Source of the DNA: Eledone cirrhosa
Taxonomy: Eukaryota
Length of the DNA: 64,000 nucleotides
Assembly (NCBI GenBank): GCA_964016885.1
Contig: OZ024759.1
Coordinates: 20,894,001 to 20,958,000, forward strand
Direction: 5' to 3'
The notes under the pieces were generated by a model. That model was not told the origin of the DNA and made no database searches. It worked only from the letters and a program-made list of their open reading frames with translations. A program made the position numbers and the translations under genes. Shown one piece after another: positions 30,467-44,881 of this stretch (position 1 is its first letter; each line of letters starts with the position of its first letter).

Positions 30467-31550
30467 CCACCACCACCACCACCACTACCACCACCACTAT
30501 CACAATCGTCACTAGCATCATCGTCATAACCAGCAGCAGCTTTCAGTTCAACCACAAACACCATCGTCATCATCATTCGCCACCATCACCACCACTACTA
30601 CTATCACCACCACCACCACCACCACCACTGCCACCATCACCACCACTACTACTATCACCACCACCACCACCATCACCACTTTTACCGCTACCATCGCCAC
30701 CACCGCCACCATCACCATCACTATCACCAACCCTACCACCACCACCACCATCAACCCCACCACCACCCTACCACCACTACCACCACTACCACCACCACCA
30801 CTACCACCACTACCACCACCACCACTACCACCACTACCACCACCACCCTACCACCACTACCACCACTACCACCACCACCACTATCACCACCACCACTACC
30901 ACCACCACCACTACTACTATCACCACCACCACCACCATTACCATACCGCCACTACCCCACCACCACTACCACCACTACCGCCACTACCCCACCACCACCA
31001 CCACCACCACCACTACTATCACCACCACCACCACCATCATCCCCACCACCCCACCACCACCCTACCACCACTACCACCACCCCCACTACCACCACTACCA
31101 CCACTACCACCACCACAACTACTATCACCACCACCACCACTACCACCACCACCACTACTACTATCACCACCACCACCACCATTACCATACCACCACTACC
31201 CCACTACCACCACCACCACCACCACCACTACTATCACCACCACCACCACCATCACCACCTTTACCGCTACCATCGCCACCACCGTCACCATCACCATCAC
31301 TATCGCCAACCCTACCATTACTACCACCACCCCTACCACGACCATTACCATACCGCCACCACCACCGCCACCACCACCACCACCACCACCACCACCACCA
31401 CCACCACCATCATCGTCTACCAATGCCGTTGTTATTGTCTTTTATTAGTAATATCAACATGGTTGTATTTCATCTTTAGAATTATTGATTTTGTCATCAT
31501 CATCATCACCACACCACCACCACCATTATTATTATTATTATTATTATTAG

Positions 31551-31585
<35 letters not shown>

Positions 31586-32473
31586 TTGGTGGTGGTGGTA
31601 TTGGTATCGTTTGTTGTTGTTACAATAACCTGGATTAATTGACTCTCCCAAAGCAAATGTTCTAATTAGCTAAAAACAGTCATAAAAATATTTTTATTGG
31701 AAAATTATCAACAACAACAACAACAATAACAATATCAACAACGACAATAACAACAATAACAATATCAACAACGACAATAACAACAATAACAATATCAACA
31801 ACGCCAACAGTAATAACAACAATATCAACAACAGCAAAAACAATAACAATATGAACAACAAAAATAACAACAGCAATAACAACAATGACAACAAAATCAA
31901 CAAAAAGTACATTAACAAAAAAAGATACATATATAACAACAGCAGCAACAACAATAAAACCACCAACAACAACAACAAAACCAACAACAACAACAACAAC
32001 AAAACCAACAACAACAACATTAACAACAGATTTATTAATATTTTATTTGTTTGTTTGTTTTAATCGTCCCGAAATTTGATTTTCAGTTAATTTATTGTCA
32101 TATTGTTTTGTGACACGTTGTGTTGTTATGTTTTGTTATGTTGTTGTTATGGTTTTGTTATGTGTTGTTATGGTTTTGTTATGTTGTTGTATGGTTTTGT
32201 TATGTTGTTTTTATGTGTTATGTTGTTGTTATGTGCTGTTATGGTTTTGTTATGTTGTTTTTATGTGTTGTTATGTTGTTGTGTTGTTATGTGTTGTTAT
32301 GGTTTTGTTATGTTGTTATGTGTGGTTATGGTTTTGTTATGTCGTTGTTGTGTTGTTGTGTTGTTATGTTGTTGTGTTGTTATGGTTTTGTTATGTTGTT
32401 GTGTTGTTATGGTTTTGTTATGTTGTTGTGTTCTTATGGTTTTGTTATGTGTTATGTGTTTATATGATAGTGG

Positions 32474-32504
<31 letters not shown>

Positions 32505-34625
32505 GGGGAGTGATAGTGTTGTTGTTGGTGGTGGTGGTGGTGTATTACTGGAGGTGGTAGGGTTGGGTTGGTGGGTTTCTGAAGAAAAAGGAAATGTAGG
32601 GTTTAGGGCCACTGGATATTGTTTCTTAGTGATGCATGTCATGTAATGGCGGTGGTGGTGGGGTGGGGTTGGTAGTGGGGGAGGGTGATATGGTGGTGGT
32701 GGTGGTGGTGGCGGTAGTAGTAGTAGTGGGTTGTATGGTGTGGTGGTGGTGGTGGTGGTTGGGGTAGTAGCAGTGGGGTGTATAGTGTGGTGATGGCGTT
32801 GATGTGGATATGGCGGTGATGGGGTGGTGGTGGTGGTGGTAGTAGTGGGGTATACAATGTGGTGGTGGCGTTGATTTGTTGGTGGCGGTGATGTGGTGCT
32901 GGTGCTGCTGGTGGTGATGTAGTGGTGGGGGCGGTGATGTGGTGGTGTTGGACTATGGTGGCAGTGTTGGCTGGTGAGGTTGGTGGGAAGTATGGTGGTG
33001 GAGATGCTAGAGGTATTAGTAATAGTAGTAGTAGTGGTGGTAGTAGTAGTAGTATTAGTAGTAGTAGTAGTAGTATCGTGATGGTGGTGGTGGTGGTAAT
33101 CGTAAAACTATTGGTAGGGGGAGTGTTGATAGTGGTGTTTATGTATGTGGTGTTGGAAAGGGGAGATAACCTCATGTTGTGGTTATCAAGGAATATTGTG
33201 GCTGTTATGGTTTATGAGTTGTCAATGGTTGTGTGGTTAAGGCAATGGAGTAACTATTGGTGGTGGTGGTGGTGGTGGTGGTGGTGGTAGTGTTGTGGTG
33301 GTGGAGGTGTTGTTGTTGTTGTTGTTGTGATGGTGGTGTGGTGATAGTGATGTGGAGGTAGTGGTGGTGGTGTGGTGGTGTTGTTGTTGTTGTTGTTGTG
33401 ATGGTGTTGTGGAGGTAGTGGTGGTGTGGTGATAGTGTTGTGGAGGTAGTGGTGGTGGTGTCGTCGTTGTAGTGGAGATGGTTGTGATGAGCTATTGGTG
33501 GTGGTGGTGGTGGTGATATGTAGTGGTAGTAGTAGTAGTAGTAGTAGTAGAGTATTGTAGTGGTGGTGATGGTGGCGGCCGTAGTAATGGCTGTGGTAGT
33601 AGTAATAGTAGTAGTGGTGGTAGTAGTAGCAGTGACAGTAGTAGTGCTGGTGGTAGTAGTGGTGTGGTGGTGACGGTGACGGCAGTAGTAATGGCTGTAG
33701 TAGTAGTAGTGGTAACTGTGGTGTGGTGGTGGTGGCAACATTAGTTATGGCTGTGGTAGTAGTGGTAGTGGTAGTAGTGTTGGTGGTAGTAGTGGTGATT
33801 GTTGTGGTGGTGGGTTAGAGAAACAACAACAACACAGAGGTTATATTTTATGTGGTTGTAATAGATGTAGTAATGATGGTGGTTAATATTGGTGGTGGTG
33901 TTGTTGTTGTGTCTAGTGGTGGTGGTGGTGGTGGTTGTGGCGGAGTGGGGGTTCGTGATGGTGGTAGTGTGGTTGTGTCTGCAGTGCTAATGGTGGTGCT
34001 GGGGGGGGGGGTACTGATGGTGGTTGTGGTGGTGGTGGTGGTGGTTGTGGCGGGGTGGTGATCGTGATGGTTGTGGTGGTGGCGTAGTGGTTGTGGTGCT
34101 GGTGGTGGTGGTGGTGGTGGTGGTGGCGTAGTGGTTGTGATGCTGTTGCTGGTTGTGATGGTGGTGGTGGTGGTGGTGGTGATGGCGTAGTGGTTGTGAT
34201 GGTGGTGGTGGTGGTGGCGTAGTGGTTGTGATGGTGGTGGTGGTGATCGTGATGGTTGTGGTGGTGGCGTAGTGGTTGTGATGGTGGTGAAGGTTGTGAT
34301 GATGGTGGTGGTGGTAATCGTCGGGATAGTGGTGATTTTTATGAGGGTGGTGGTGGTGGTGGCTTAGGTGGTAGTCGTGATGATGGTGTCTGTCGTGATG
34401 GTAGTAGTCTGGTTGATAATGATGATGGTAATAATGACAGTGGTGTGGTTGTCGTAGTTGTGCTTACGGTGGTGATTTTAATGGTTGTTGTTGTTATTGT
34501 TTTTGTTGTTGTGGTGGTGGTGGTGGTGGTGGTAGGATGTATTGGATGATGAGATGAATAATGTATCTCATTTGCACTATGGGTGTCGCTGCTGGTAGTG
34601 GTGGTGGTGGTGGAGGAGGAGGAGG
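30435..34625. repeat. Trinucleotide low-complexity block (CAC)n-(AAC)n-(GTT)n-(GGT)n
   Basis: Directly visible; internal ~130-bp duplication 30620-30750 vs 31200-31330. Confidence 0.95.
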
Positions 34626-34894
34626 AGTCGAGTTACTTAAACACGATTGTGGTGTGAGGTAAGGAGGGGAAGAAGGAGGAGGAGAGAGTTTCATGCAAAT
34701 ATAAACATGGCCGACCTTATTTTGAACGTGTTACACTAACTTTCCTCGTCGCCATTTTGTGTCTAATATCTTTGTTGATATTTGTCTCCCAAATCAACCC
34801 TCCTCGAGAAAAAAAACCCTATTATCAAGGCGTTCTAGCCGTGTCATGATCACCGAGACTTTTTTTGTTTTTATTTATTTATTTATTTATTGCG

Positions 34895-35080
34895 TTAGAC
34901 ACCATGCTTTGCAGCATAGAGTAACGGCCCGATACGTTCTGAGTTCAAATTCTCTCGAGGTTAGCTTTGCCTTTCATCCTTTCGGGGTCGATAAAGCAAA
35001 GTACCAGTAATACACTGGAGCCGATTTAATCAGCTTTCCCCTCCCCCCAAATTGCTGGCCTTCTGCCTATAGTAGAATCA
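34895..35080 (+). mobile_element. Nin-type SINE
   Basis: GAGTTCAAAT B box and GCCTTTCATCCTTTCGGGGTCGATAAA..GTACCAG core. Confidence 0.8.
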
Positions 35081-35824
35081 TTGTTATTATCATTATTAAT
35101 ATTAGGGCGCTGAATAGGCAGTATCGGTCTTTCATAGACAACCTGTAAACTTTTCAGCCGACCTTCGTGTAATCGAAGCCGTCACTACCACTACGTATGA
35201 ATATCCTATTTATTTTTGTTTTAGGGAACCCACATGCGCAATATCTAGACGTTAGGGTATGATTTGAGATAGATTTGGCTGCTATTTCTAGCAGATTGAG
35301 ATTGTAAGTCGGGAAGGGATGTTAAAAATGTTTCTTAGATGTTTTAAAGTAGTCACACAAATATGTGCGTACGCATATGTTCATACACACTTACGGACAT
35401 AAACATACGCACACATACAAACACACACACACACATGCATATAGATATAAATATATATATATATATTAATATATATATATATATATATTTATATGCATAT
35501 GCATGTGTGTAAATGTATATATACGAACACATGCAAACTAATACCCATATACGTCCACATAAAGATACATAAACTTAAATACACAGTTTATATAAACACC
35601 TCTACAAGCACACCTATCAACTCACACATCCGTGCACAATCTTTGTGCCCCATACACACATACATCCATGCACAAATATTGTTCCTCCTTACTCATATTG
35701 TTCTGCTACATACACACGCACACAGTATACACAATATATACGCACTTCCGTAATATACACCCATACATATAACTAATAATGTGCAAACAAGCGTAAACGT
35801 TGATAAAATTAGGCTGCTGACAGC

Positions 35825-35861
35825 AATAATAATAACAATAATAATAATAATAATAATAATA

Positions 35862-35899
<38 letters not shown>

Positions 35900-36465
35900 C
35901 ATCATCATCATCATTATCATCCGCACAACCACCATCATCATCTCCATCACCATCCGCATCATCTCCGCCATCACCATAATTACCATCATCTCCACTATCA
36001 CTATCATCATCATCATCTCCATCACTATCATCATCATCAACATCATTCCACCATCATCAACAGCATCATTACTATCACCATCACCACCACCATCATCACC
36101 ATCATCACCACCACCATCACTATCATCACCACCATCATCATCGTCATCACCATCATCATCATCATCACCATCATCATCATCACCATCATCATCATCATCG
36201 CCACCATCATCATCAGCAACATCATCGTCATCACCATCATCATCATCATCATCACCACCATCATCACCATCATCACCACCATCATCATCGCCACCACCAT
36301 CATCACCACCATCATCAGCACCACCACCATCATCACCACCATCATCAGCAACATCATCGTCTTCACCATCATCATCATCATCATCATCATCTTCGCCACC
36401 ATCATCACCAACATCATCACCATCATCATAACCATCATCTCCGTCATTATCATCATCATCACTAT
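35825..36465. repeat. (AAT)n/(CAT)n/(CAC)n tract
   Basis: Directly visible. Confidence 0.95.
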
Positions 36466-36609
36466 TATTTTATTGTTGTATGAAATCTAACAACAACAAC
36501 AACAACAACAATGGCAGCAAGTACAGTAAAAACAACGAGAACAACAATAATGTCTAATCTGTTGATACATTTTACGACGTTAGTTTTCATTATTGGCCCA
36601 TGTTACGAT

Positions 36610-37140
36610 GGTGCTGTGGCAGAGTCGTTAGAGCGTCGGACAAATGATTAGCAGCATTTGTTCCAGCTCTTTACATTCTGAGTTCAAATCTCGCCGAAGT
36701 CAACTTTGCCTTTTACCCTCCTGAGGTCAGTATGAAGTACCAGTCAAGTACTAAAAGCCTAAACTCTCTTCAGAGCCCGGAACATCATCAGGTCGGTCCT
36801 CATCTTAATTTTCTGTGGTGTTAAGCGACTGTGAGTACAAGACTTCACCCCAGATAGGACGCCAGTCTGTCACAGGGTAAACTCCTCCCCCCCCCCCCAG
36901 CTATTACTGGTATTCATTTTCAGCTGAGTATACTGAAACAATGGGAATTCAAGTGTTTTGCACAAGAACACAACCCACAATGCATTCCAGGAATCGAACC
37001 TATGACAATAGGTTCGTAAGCCTAACACCCTTACCACTAGGCCACTCGCATCAAGAGACAAGTACTGAGGTCGATATATTCAATGCGTGTCCCCTCCCCC
37101 CTTCCGCCCCCCAAAAACTGTTGGCTTTAGGCCAAAATTA
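36610..37140 (+). mobile_element. Nin-type SINE split by a nested SINE
   Basis: Head/core 36610-36752, resumes 37059-37140. Confidence 0.75.
36753..37058 (-). mobile_element. tRNA-derived SINE with CORE-like and Meta/V-like domains, 8-bp TSD
   Basis: Minus strand TGGCCTAGTGG A box, GGTTCGATTCC B box, CTTGTGCAAAACACTT, CCCTGTGACAGACTGGCGTCC; TSD CAAGTACT at 36745 and 37059. Confidence 0.8.
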
Positions 37141-37834
37141 AAAAGCAATATTGGCGTATTTTAATTAAGTGAAGGCACGTGACTTGGTGGTTAGGATGTT
37201 CACCCCACGAGCACGATGTCGTTCGATTTCTGCGTTGTGTCCTTCAGCAAGACTCTTTATTTCCCGTTGCCCTAGTCAAATCAACAGATGGTGGTGGTAT
37301 TGTTGTTGTTGTAGAGATGGTGTGGTGGTGGTGGTGGTGTCGTGGTGGTGGTGTGGAGGTGTTGTGGTGGTGGTAGTAATGGTTGTGATAGTAGTAATAG
37401 TAGTAGTAGTAGTGGTGGTAGCAGTAGCAGTGATAGCAGTAATGCTGGTGATAGTAGTGGTAGGTAGAAGTAGTGATATGGTAGTGGTGGTGACGGCAGT
37501 TGTAATGGTTATAGTAGTAGTAGTGGTAACTGAGTTTCAGAAGAGCCCGTTAAGGGTGAAAGCAGCGATTCTTTGCTTAAACTTTAATCTGTTATTTTAA
37601 TAAATATTTGCTCTACGGTTCTTATATATTTGATATATATTTATCCTTATCGAGCCCTCTTTGGATTTTAGTCTTCACATTTATTATTATTACTATATAT
37701 ATATATGTAGGAGGTGAGTTTTATTGTAGTACAATAAAGCAATGCAGATATCGGATAAGAAGCACTCTACAGTTTGTGGGACTGGAGTATACATAATATA
37801 TACATTTATTATTATTACTATATATATATATGGA

Positions 37835-38022
37835 GGGCGGTGGATTGGCAGTATCGGTAGAGGGTCGGACGCCATGCTTTCTAGCATAGTTACGTCCCTT
37901 TACAGTCTGAGTTCAAATCCCGCCGAGGTTAACTTTACCTTTCATCCTTACGGGGTCGATAAAATAAAGTACCAGTAATGTACTGGATATTTGCTGGCCT
38001 TGTGCCAAAAGTAGAAACAATT
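37835..38022 (+). mobile_element. Full-length Nin-type SINE in TA tract
   Basis: Same subfamily as 4568-4760. Confidence 0.85.
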
Positions 38023-38024
38023 AC

Positions 38025-38073
<49 letters not shown>

Positions 38074-38363
38074 CTTCCATATACTGTACCGATTGTGTTG
38101 TTATTTCTGTTTACCTTTTACACACACACACATACACACACACACATATATATATATATTAAGAGAGAAAGTGTTTCGCAAATGCTCTGCTCCAGGCCTT
38201 AATTGATTAAGATCGGTACCGACTATGGTGCCTATTGGCTCATCAGCCGCGTAGAAGATGTATATACATATATATGAAATAAAGATGCCTATACTCTTCC
38301 AACATATTGAATACCTTCTTTAGCTGTGGTCACCTCCCCCCTGATTACATTCGGGAATCTAAC

Positions 38364-38414
<51 letters not shown>

Positions 38415-38507
38415 TTATTCCGGGTTGAATCGGAGGGAACCACAGTAAGTAAGGTACTCAATACATAGCAGAGTATAAATGTTTTAATATAGAAAACCTT
38501 TTCTATA

Positions 38508-38579
<72 letters not shown>

Positions 38580-38580
<1 letters not shown>

Positions 38581-38831
38581 CGAGGGAAAAGTGGTAAGGA
38601 ACCAAGTGGACCATAACGCACCAAAGTACTCAATACTTAGGGTAATAGAGTGGGTAATAGGAGTAAGTAAGACCCCGACGGCTGAGCTCAAGCCGTTTCG
38701 ACGGCTAATTCTGTGAATTAGCCGTCGAAACGGCTTGAGCTCAGCCGTCGGGGTCTTACTTACTCCTATTACCCACTCTGTGAATTAGCCGTCGAAACGG
38801 CTTGAGCTCAGCCGTCGGGGTCTTACTTACT

Positions 38832-38836
<5 letters not shown>
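38580..38836. mobile_element. Foldback element family C with duplicated inverted arm
   Basis: Inverted arm present twice (38714-38779, 38780-38836). Confidence 0.8.
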
Positions 38837-38870
<34 letters not shown>

Positions 38871-38873
<3 letters not shown>

Positions 38874-39292
38874 GGAGGTGAGTTTTATTGTAGTACAATA
38901 AAGCAATGCAGATATCGGATAAGAAGCACTCTACAGTTTGTGGGACTGGAGTATACATAATATATAAGAACAGAAGATGGTTAAAGGAGTTCCATGTATT
39001 TTGTTATGCGCATTTCAAAAACAAATATCATCATGCAATAATATTTGTGTTTTCATCAGATAAAACAGGAGGACATGATATGAAGGCTAAAAAACACTTG
39101 TGGATAGTTCAGTTTTGATATGTTGATTTAAAACTGAACTATCCACAAGTGTTTTTTAGCCTTCATATCATGCCCTCCTGTTTTATCTGATGAAAACACA
39201 AATATTATTGCATGATGATATTTGTTTTTGAAATGCGCATAATAAAATACATGGAACTCCTTTAACCATCTTCTGTTCTTATATATTATATA
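38871..39292. mobile_element. Penelope-like foldback element family A, ~330-bp palindrome
   Basis: Arms ~38956-39116 / 39130-39291, each with a hammerhead. Confidence 0.85.
39181..39247 (+). ncRNA. Minimal type I hammerhead ribozyme (family A)
   Basis: TTTTAT-CTGATGA-AAACACAAATATTAT..GATATTTGTTTTT-GAAA-TGCGCA-T-A-ATAAAA; mirror copy 38999-39065 (-) has one stem I mismatch. Confidence 0.88.
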
Positions 39293-39589
39293 TATATAAA
39301 TCAGGAAAGAAGGTTGACATGGTTTGCTATACAAAAAAGGTTTTTAATCTCATAGCTGACAATTGTTTCTCTGAACTGGTAGGTCTAGAGATCGCTATTC
39401 GCTTGTTTTCACGTTACTCGATCGCCAATACAAGTGTTTACAACATAGGAATTACAGCATACCCGCAGCATCACTATGAAAACGCCTTGTTGAGTCAAAC
39501 CAAGCCAAGCGTTGATATCATCCACTACCTGGAATACCATAACTGGACTATACCTAAGTGGACTGCATTTAACTATTATTTGTTACCCC

Positions 39590-39677
<88 letters not shown>

Positions 39678-40044
39678 CGTTGATGATATGGCGTCGATTT
39701 GACTTATGAGGGTTCAACTGTCTTTTCAGTTCATTGATTTATGTTTATGCCTCAAATGGCACTTCAATCCAGCTGCTGACTTACACATCAATTACCCTTC
39801 CGAGGTTGATAAAATATAGTCCCCATCAAATTTTGTACTCCCTTCAAATTTGCTGGCTCTGTGCCAAAATTAAAAATCAATTTCCTGTATCAAGAGTTGA
39901 ATTATTTAATGTGTCGATCATTTGCGGAACAATTGACTGCTATTTCTTGCACGTCGATCGGATATCTGGGTGGTTCCTTCGTTGTTAAGTGTTTTTATGT
40001 TTTGCGTAATAAAAATACAGCATTTTTATCCACAAATAGAATAT

Positions 40045-40270
40045 TTTATCGACCCTGGAATTTGAACTCAGAACGAAAGGGTCTTAACTATGTGCCAGGT
40101 GACGGATGTAATACTGTTTTCTGATTTAGGCACAAGGCCAGCAATTTGAAGGGAAGGGGAAAATTTATGAAACTGACTCAGTGCATTACTGGTACTTTAT
40201 TTTATAGACCCTGCTAGAATTAAAAGCAAAGCTAAGTTCGGTGGGATTTGAACTCAGAACGTAAGGGACA
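40045..40270 (-). mobile_element. Nin-type SINE fragments
   Basis: GGCACAAGGCCAGCAAT..CTGGTACTTTATTTT..ATTTGAACTCAGAAC; a similar minus copy lies at 46045-46189. Confidence 0.75.
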
Positions 40271-41080
40271 TTACTATTTGCTGTGAGACAGATGTAATAA
40301 TGAAACATTGACCGTAGAGGTTAAGTTATTTTCTCCTGGAATGGACTCATCCTAAATTAAATTCTTCTGTTAGACATTATAAAAGGAATTAATCCTGCTC
40401 TTTCAGGTTTCTTCCTGTACAAGGAGACCTTTTCTGTGTGGATTTTCTGTGACCCTAAACCCTTTTTCTAAACGGATTTACGCTTTTCAGTTGACATACA
40501 GTCTGCTCTGTGGACAACCCCGTGCCCACAATAATAACTTTCATCTTTTCATTTCAGACAATTCTGGCCACCAGCTAACAATAGCCATTTTGGAATAACT
40601 ATATACCTACCTTGTTTACCAACAACCAACGCCTCACCTCGATTTTTTTCCAGCATATTTCGAGTTACACTCTTATACACAGCTTTTGTCTTTTATTCGT
40701 GAACTTTAACAACGCCAACAAATTAACCCAAATTCTCATGAACGCTGAACACATAAATATATAAAAACATACACAAAGAATGGTATGCTCATTCTTTCGT
40801 CCGTCGCAACAACATGGATTTAACATTGAAAGGAACTCTGCACTCAACTAGTCTCGCCATGAAATTAATATATTCTTAGCTGAACGAATCTGCTAGTTGA
40901 TGTAAGTACAAAAGTTTCTTATAATATATTTCTATAGCGAATATTATTAATTTTAACCGTTTGACATGCAAAACTAATATTTATATTCACATGTAAAATT
41001 TTGTTCTCATAAATGTTTCAATTTTAAAAACTTCCATATTGCTGACTTATTAAACTCTGCATTTATCATCTGACGTACTA

Positions 41081-41140
<60 letters not shown>

Positions 41141-41359
41141 AAAAGGAATGCAGTATGTTAGAATCTTATAACATCTTATTAATTTCTTCATTGCTGTCGT
41201 ACGTATTTCGATGGTATCAATTATTCAATAGATACGAACTCATCAGGCAACTATAGTGTAATTTTTTTAATATTTATACTGTGATATGTCCCTGGCGAGT
41301 GAGTTGCTGTTGCTCCTTCAGCGCGCAGTTTACATGTCTTACGTTTACAACTCATACTT

Positions 41360-42325
41360 GATCATCATCATCATCATCATTCGTCGACTACTGTCGAGAT
41401 GATGGATCTCACTCTCATGCCCCCGAATTCCCTGTCCCCCATCGCTGCCCCCAGGTCCTGTCTACTGATTCCCGTATCCCTAGAGATAACGTCAGGAAAT
41501 GACAGCTTCCTACTCATGGTCAGGCTGGAGTCAAGGTTCCAGAGTAAGAGAGCGGATATGATTTCATTGCTGGCACGGTGACAGTGGCCAGCAAATTGAG
41601 CTCCCCGGGATTTTAGAAGGGCAGAGGCTCGAGGGAGTTTGCCATAGATTTTAGACAAGGTGGGATGTCGTTTCCAGGATAGGTTTTGCACTCTCATTAA
41701 GAGGCGGGTATATGTGCCATCCAATCTCCTCTCAAGTTGTGATGTTAGTGTCCAAGTTTCGGATCCATAAAGTAATATGGGCTTAATGGTTGCTTGGAAT
41801 ATTTCCAGTTTTAGCTTGTTGGTAAGTTGAGATGTCCATATGGCGTGCATGTCATTGCACGCTGACCATGCCATACCCTTCCTGGTTAGAAAATCTTTTT
41901 TGGAGGAGGAGATATATGAGCCAAGATACTTGTAATCTTCCACCTGCTTAAGGGTGGTACCATTAAGGGTTCTGATGGGGTAGTTTGGGCTGTTTGCGCA
42001 TCTGTTCACACACTCAGTCTTGGATTCGTTGAGGTACAGTCCAACACAGTTGGACGCTTGCTCTAATGACTTCAAAAGACTCTCAGCATTTTCCAGTGAC
42101 CGACTGATCAATGTGATGTCGTCAGCAAAGTCGGTGTCGGTCAACTATTTTGCTGGGTAGCGTGAGCTTCTCCTAGGCTGTAGTTGGTATCCGCTATCCT
42201 GAATCCTATCCACAGACATGCGCAAAACATAATCCACAACAATGATAAATAGATACGGAGCAAGCGTATCGCCCTGTAAAATTCCAGCGAGGATTGAGAA
42301 AGGTGGTGTTTCCCCATCTTGGAAA
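41360..42325 (-). pseudogene. 5'-truncated RTE-like LINE reverse transcriptase
   Basis: GILQGDTLAPYLF, FADD, YKYLGS, LLYGSETW, FAGHC motifs; in-frame stop at 42145; (TGA)n 3' tail at 41360-41380. Confidence 0.92.
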
Positions 42326-44654
42326 TGTTTCATCGAGAAAAGCGTTAACATAATTTTGACTCACCCTGTGTGTGCATATATATATATATATATGTATATA
42401 AACAAACACGATAAATCAATTTTCATACTTTATATTTTAAATTTATTTCCTGTTTTCCTGTTAATTCTTTCAAGAAATTTGTAAAAGTTTTCTTCATATT
42501 GTTTATATTACACCTATATACCGTTGAGTACTATCCAAGTGATTCTATATTATAATTGGAATTATGCCCAAGACGTTGAGTGCGTATCATGCTTATAGCT
42601 CTATTTATTTATTGGAACGACGCAAATGCAACACTGATTAGCGATTAATTATACATTTAATAAGACCACTATATATATATGCGATGTTAACGTATCAATA
42701 CATATTTAATATGTATGCCGATCATGTTTCTCAATATATCAGCTCAATGAACCTTGGTTCAGAGCAACAATATTTCAAATTTGTCATTGACTTTCACAAG
42801 CAATATATGATTTTCTTTCCATATATCTTTTAGATTTGAATTATATATATATATATATATGGGTGTTTAAATATTTGAAAGCCCTACAATGCGTACAAGA
42901 TTAAAAGGGCCAAGGTAATAGGAGTTATAGAGGAAAGAATGATGATAGAATTTTACCTTAGCAAATTCAATATATTTATTTATATGAGCTGATGGTGTTA
43001 CCTCTTATACTTTTTTGTTTTTATTTCCCCAGTCCAAGGGACCTTTTTACCTTTATTATACCTGATGCGGTGACGAGAAATTGATTGATTATAGATTCAT
43101 ACCTCTTGTTATTGAAACATATGTATTATAAAAATAAATGTTCTAAAGCCCTATGGCGTCGGACAACATGCTTTGCAGCATAGATTTGCGAATGAAACAG
43201 TTCTTGTCCCGTAGTTATTTAGTCTTTATGAACGACCAGTTCCTTTTCGTGTCGGTAACCGTCGAGACCTCTGGTGGGTTCAGCCACCGAGCTGCTAGGC
43301 CCCACCTGCCTCCATTTCCCCTCAAAATTGTTGGAAGGAATACATCCTTCCCAAGAAAAGACCTCTGCAAGGTGGAGTGGCTGATGAAGCGGGTGTCACT
43401 GGCTGTTGTTCTCCGTGGCAATGCTTTCGTCAGTTTGTTCACAGTGCGTAACTAAGGTATACCGCACTGGCTGGGGTGTAGAGTCTGTTGTCCCCACTCC
43501 ACCTCATTTTCCCCCACCCTACCCCCTTTCCCCCCACCTCACCCCCCTTCCCTCCCTTAATTTCGTTATTTAAATTTAATTTCTCTTTATTGAGTGTATA
43601 GTTTATATTATATATTACTCTTTTACGTGTTTCAGCCGTCTGGCTGAGGCCATGCTGGGGCACCGCCGTTATGTACCTATTCATACCTATTTATTTTTGA
43701 CATGCCTGGGGGTCAGTGAAAAGTCACGAATTCCACGAGATGGGGGTTAATCGATGGTTTAAAATGTCTGGGGAGGGGATCCCTGCTCAACATGGTCATT
43801 TCGGTCTACTAGAAATAGCAGTCAAATCATACTTTAAACATCTTTAGACAAAAAAAAATAAAAAACAAATAAAAGAATAAAAGTAGGACGTATTGGATAA
43901 TGAAGTCTTAAATACAATATGTGAGAAATTAAAGACGGGATGGCCTCGGCTTGAATGCCTTTGATCATAGATTTGATGGATAACAGCTGACCTGGGGCTA
44001 AACAACAGACAAAATAGCAACCAACACAACCCACAAATACAATGAGCAGCCGACAAAGAACGCAGAATCACATAAAATAGGCAGAACGTTAAAATGTTTA
44101 CGACCACCATTTTGTTTTAACGTTTCGACCACCGCCGCCATCACCAGCAGCTCTATAATTTGATTCTTTTCATCCACTATACGCCCCACCTCTCTCCCTC
44201 CCTCCCTCTACTATGTTTTCCTCTCTGCTTCCCTCTTTCTTCTATTTCAGTCTATCACCCTCACTATCTTTCCATGCCATCGCTTTCTTCTTCTCAAAAG
44301 TGGCCAAGATAAGGTTGTTGTGAAAAGGTTTCCGGCTGACGATAATAATCTGAGAAAACGGAGCTAATAAACGGGATTAAAGAAAACAATACCATCATCG
44401 CCACCACCATTATCATCATCATTATCATCATCGATAACTGCAACAACTAATGGTTTGAGTGATTAATGTTTTGGGTCCTTAAAACAACCTCCTAAATAGG
44501 GATCTTGGGACGTATTGAGACCCCTTCATGTCTTTCGTTTATTCTTCCTATTTTCGTCATAAACAAAAGAGAACGGGGAATTTGAAGGGTGCGTTCTGTA
44601 TGAGAAAGAAACGAGACAGTCGTCGTCGTCTGATCGGACGCTGATATAAAACTA

Positions 44655-44881
44655 CAGAGTGGGCCAGAATTCATGACTCATCGATTAAATTCATGACTCA
44701 TTGATAAATAAAAAAACCAAAAAAACCTGCGAGGCATATTCAGAAATAAAATAATAAATTAAGAAACCTGCAAAGCAGATTAAGAAAAAAAACATAATAA
44801 ATGAAAACAATACAATAACAACAAGATAAGCATGTTAAGAAATATAACTAAGAAGCGAGTCAGGAATTCTGGCCCACCCTG
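44655..44881. mobile_element. Tc1/mariner-type MITE (227 bp)
   Basis: TIRs CAGAGTGGGCCAGAATTCATGACTC / GAGTCAGGAATTCTGGCCCACCCTG, TA on both sides. Confidence 0.85.

Noticed and set aside
30403-36462. Pro/His/Thr/Ser-rich extensin- or mucin-like ORFs
   Set aside because: Open in several frames on both strands; trinucleotide repeats only
40540-40700. Splice acceptor TTTCATTTCAG and coding exon
   Set aside because: No recognisable peptide or matching donor; cannot be supported
41191-41250. Intact hammerhead on minus strand
   Set aside because: CTGATGA and GAAA-TACGTA are present but the UH cleavage site is replaced by CGACA; counted only as decayed
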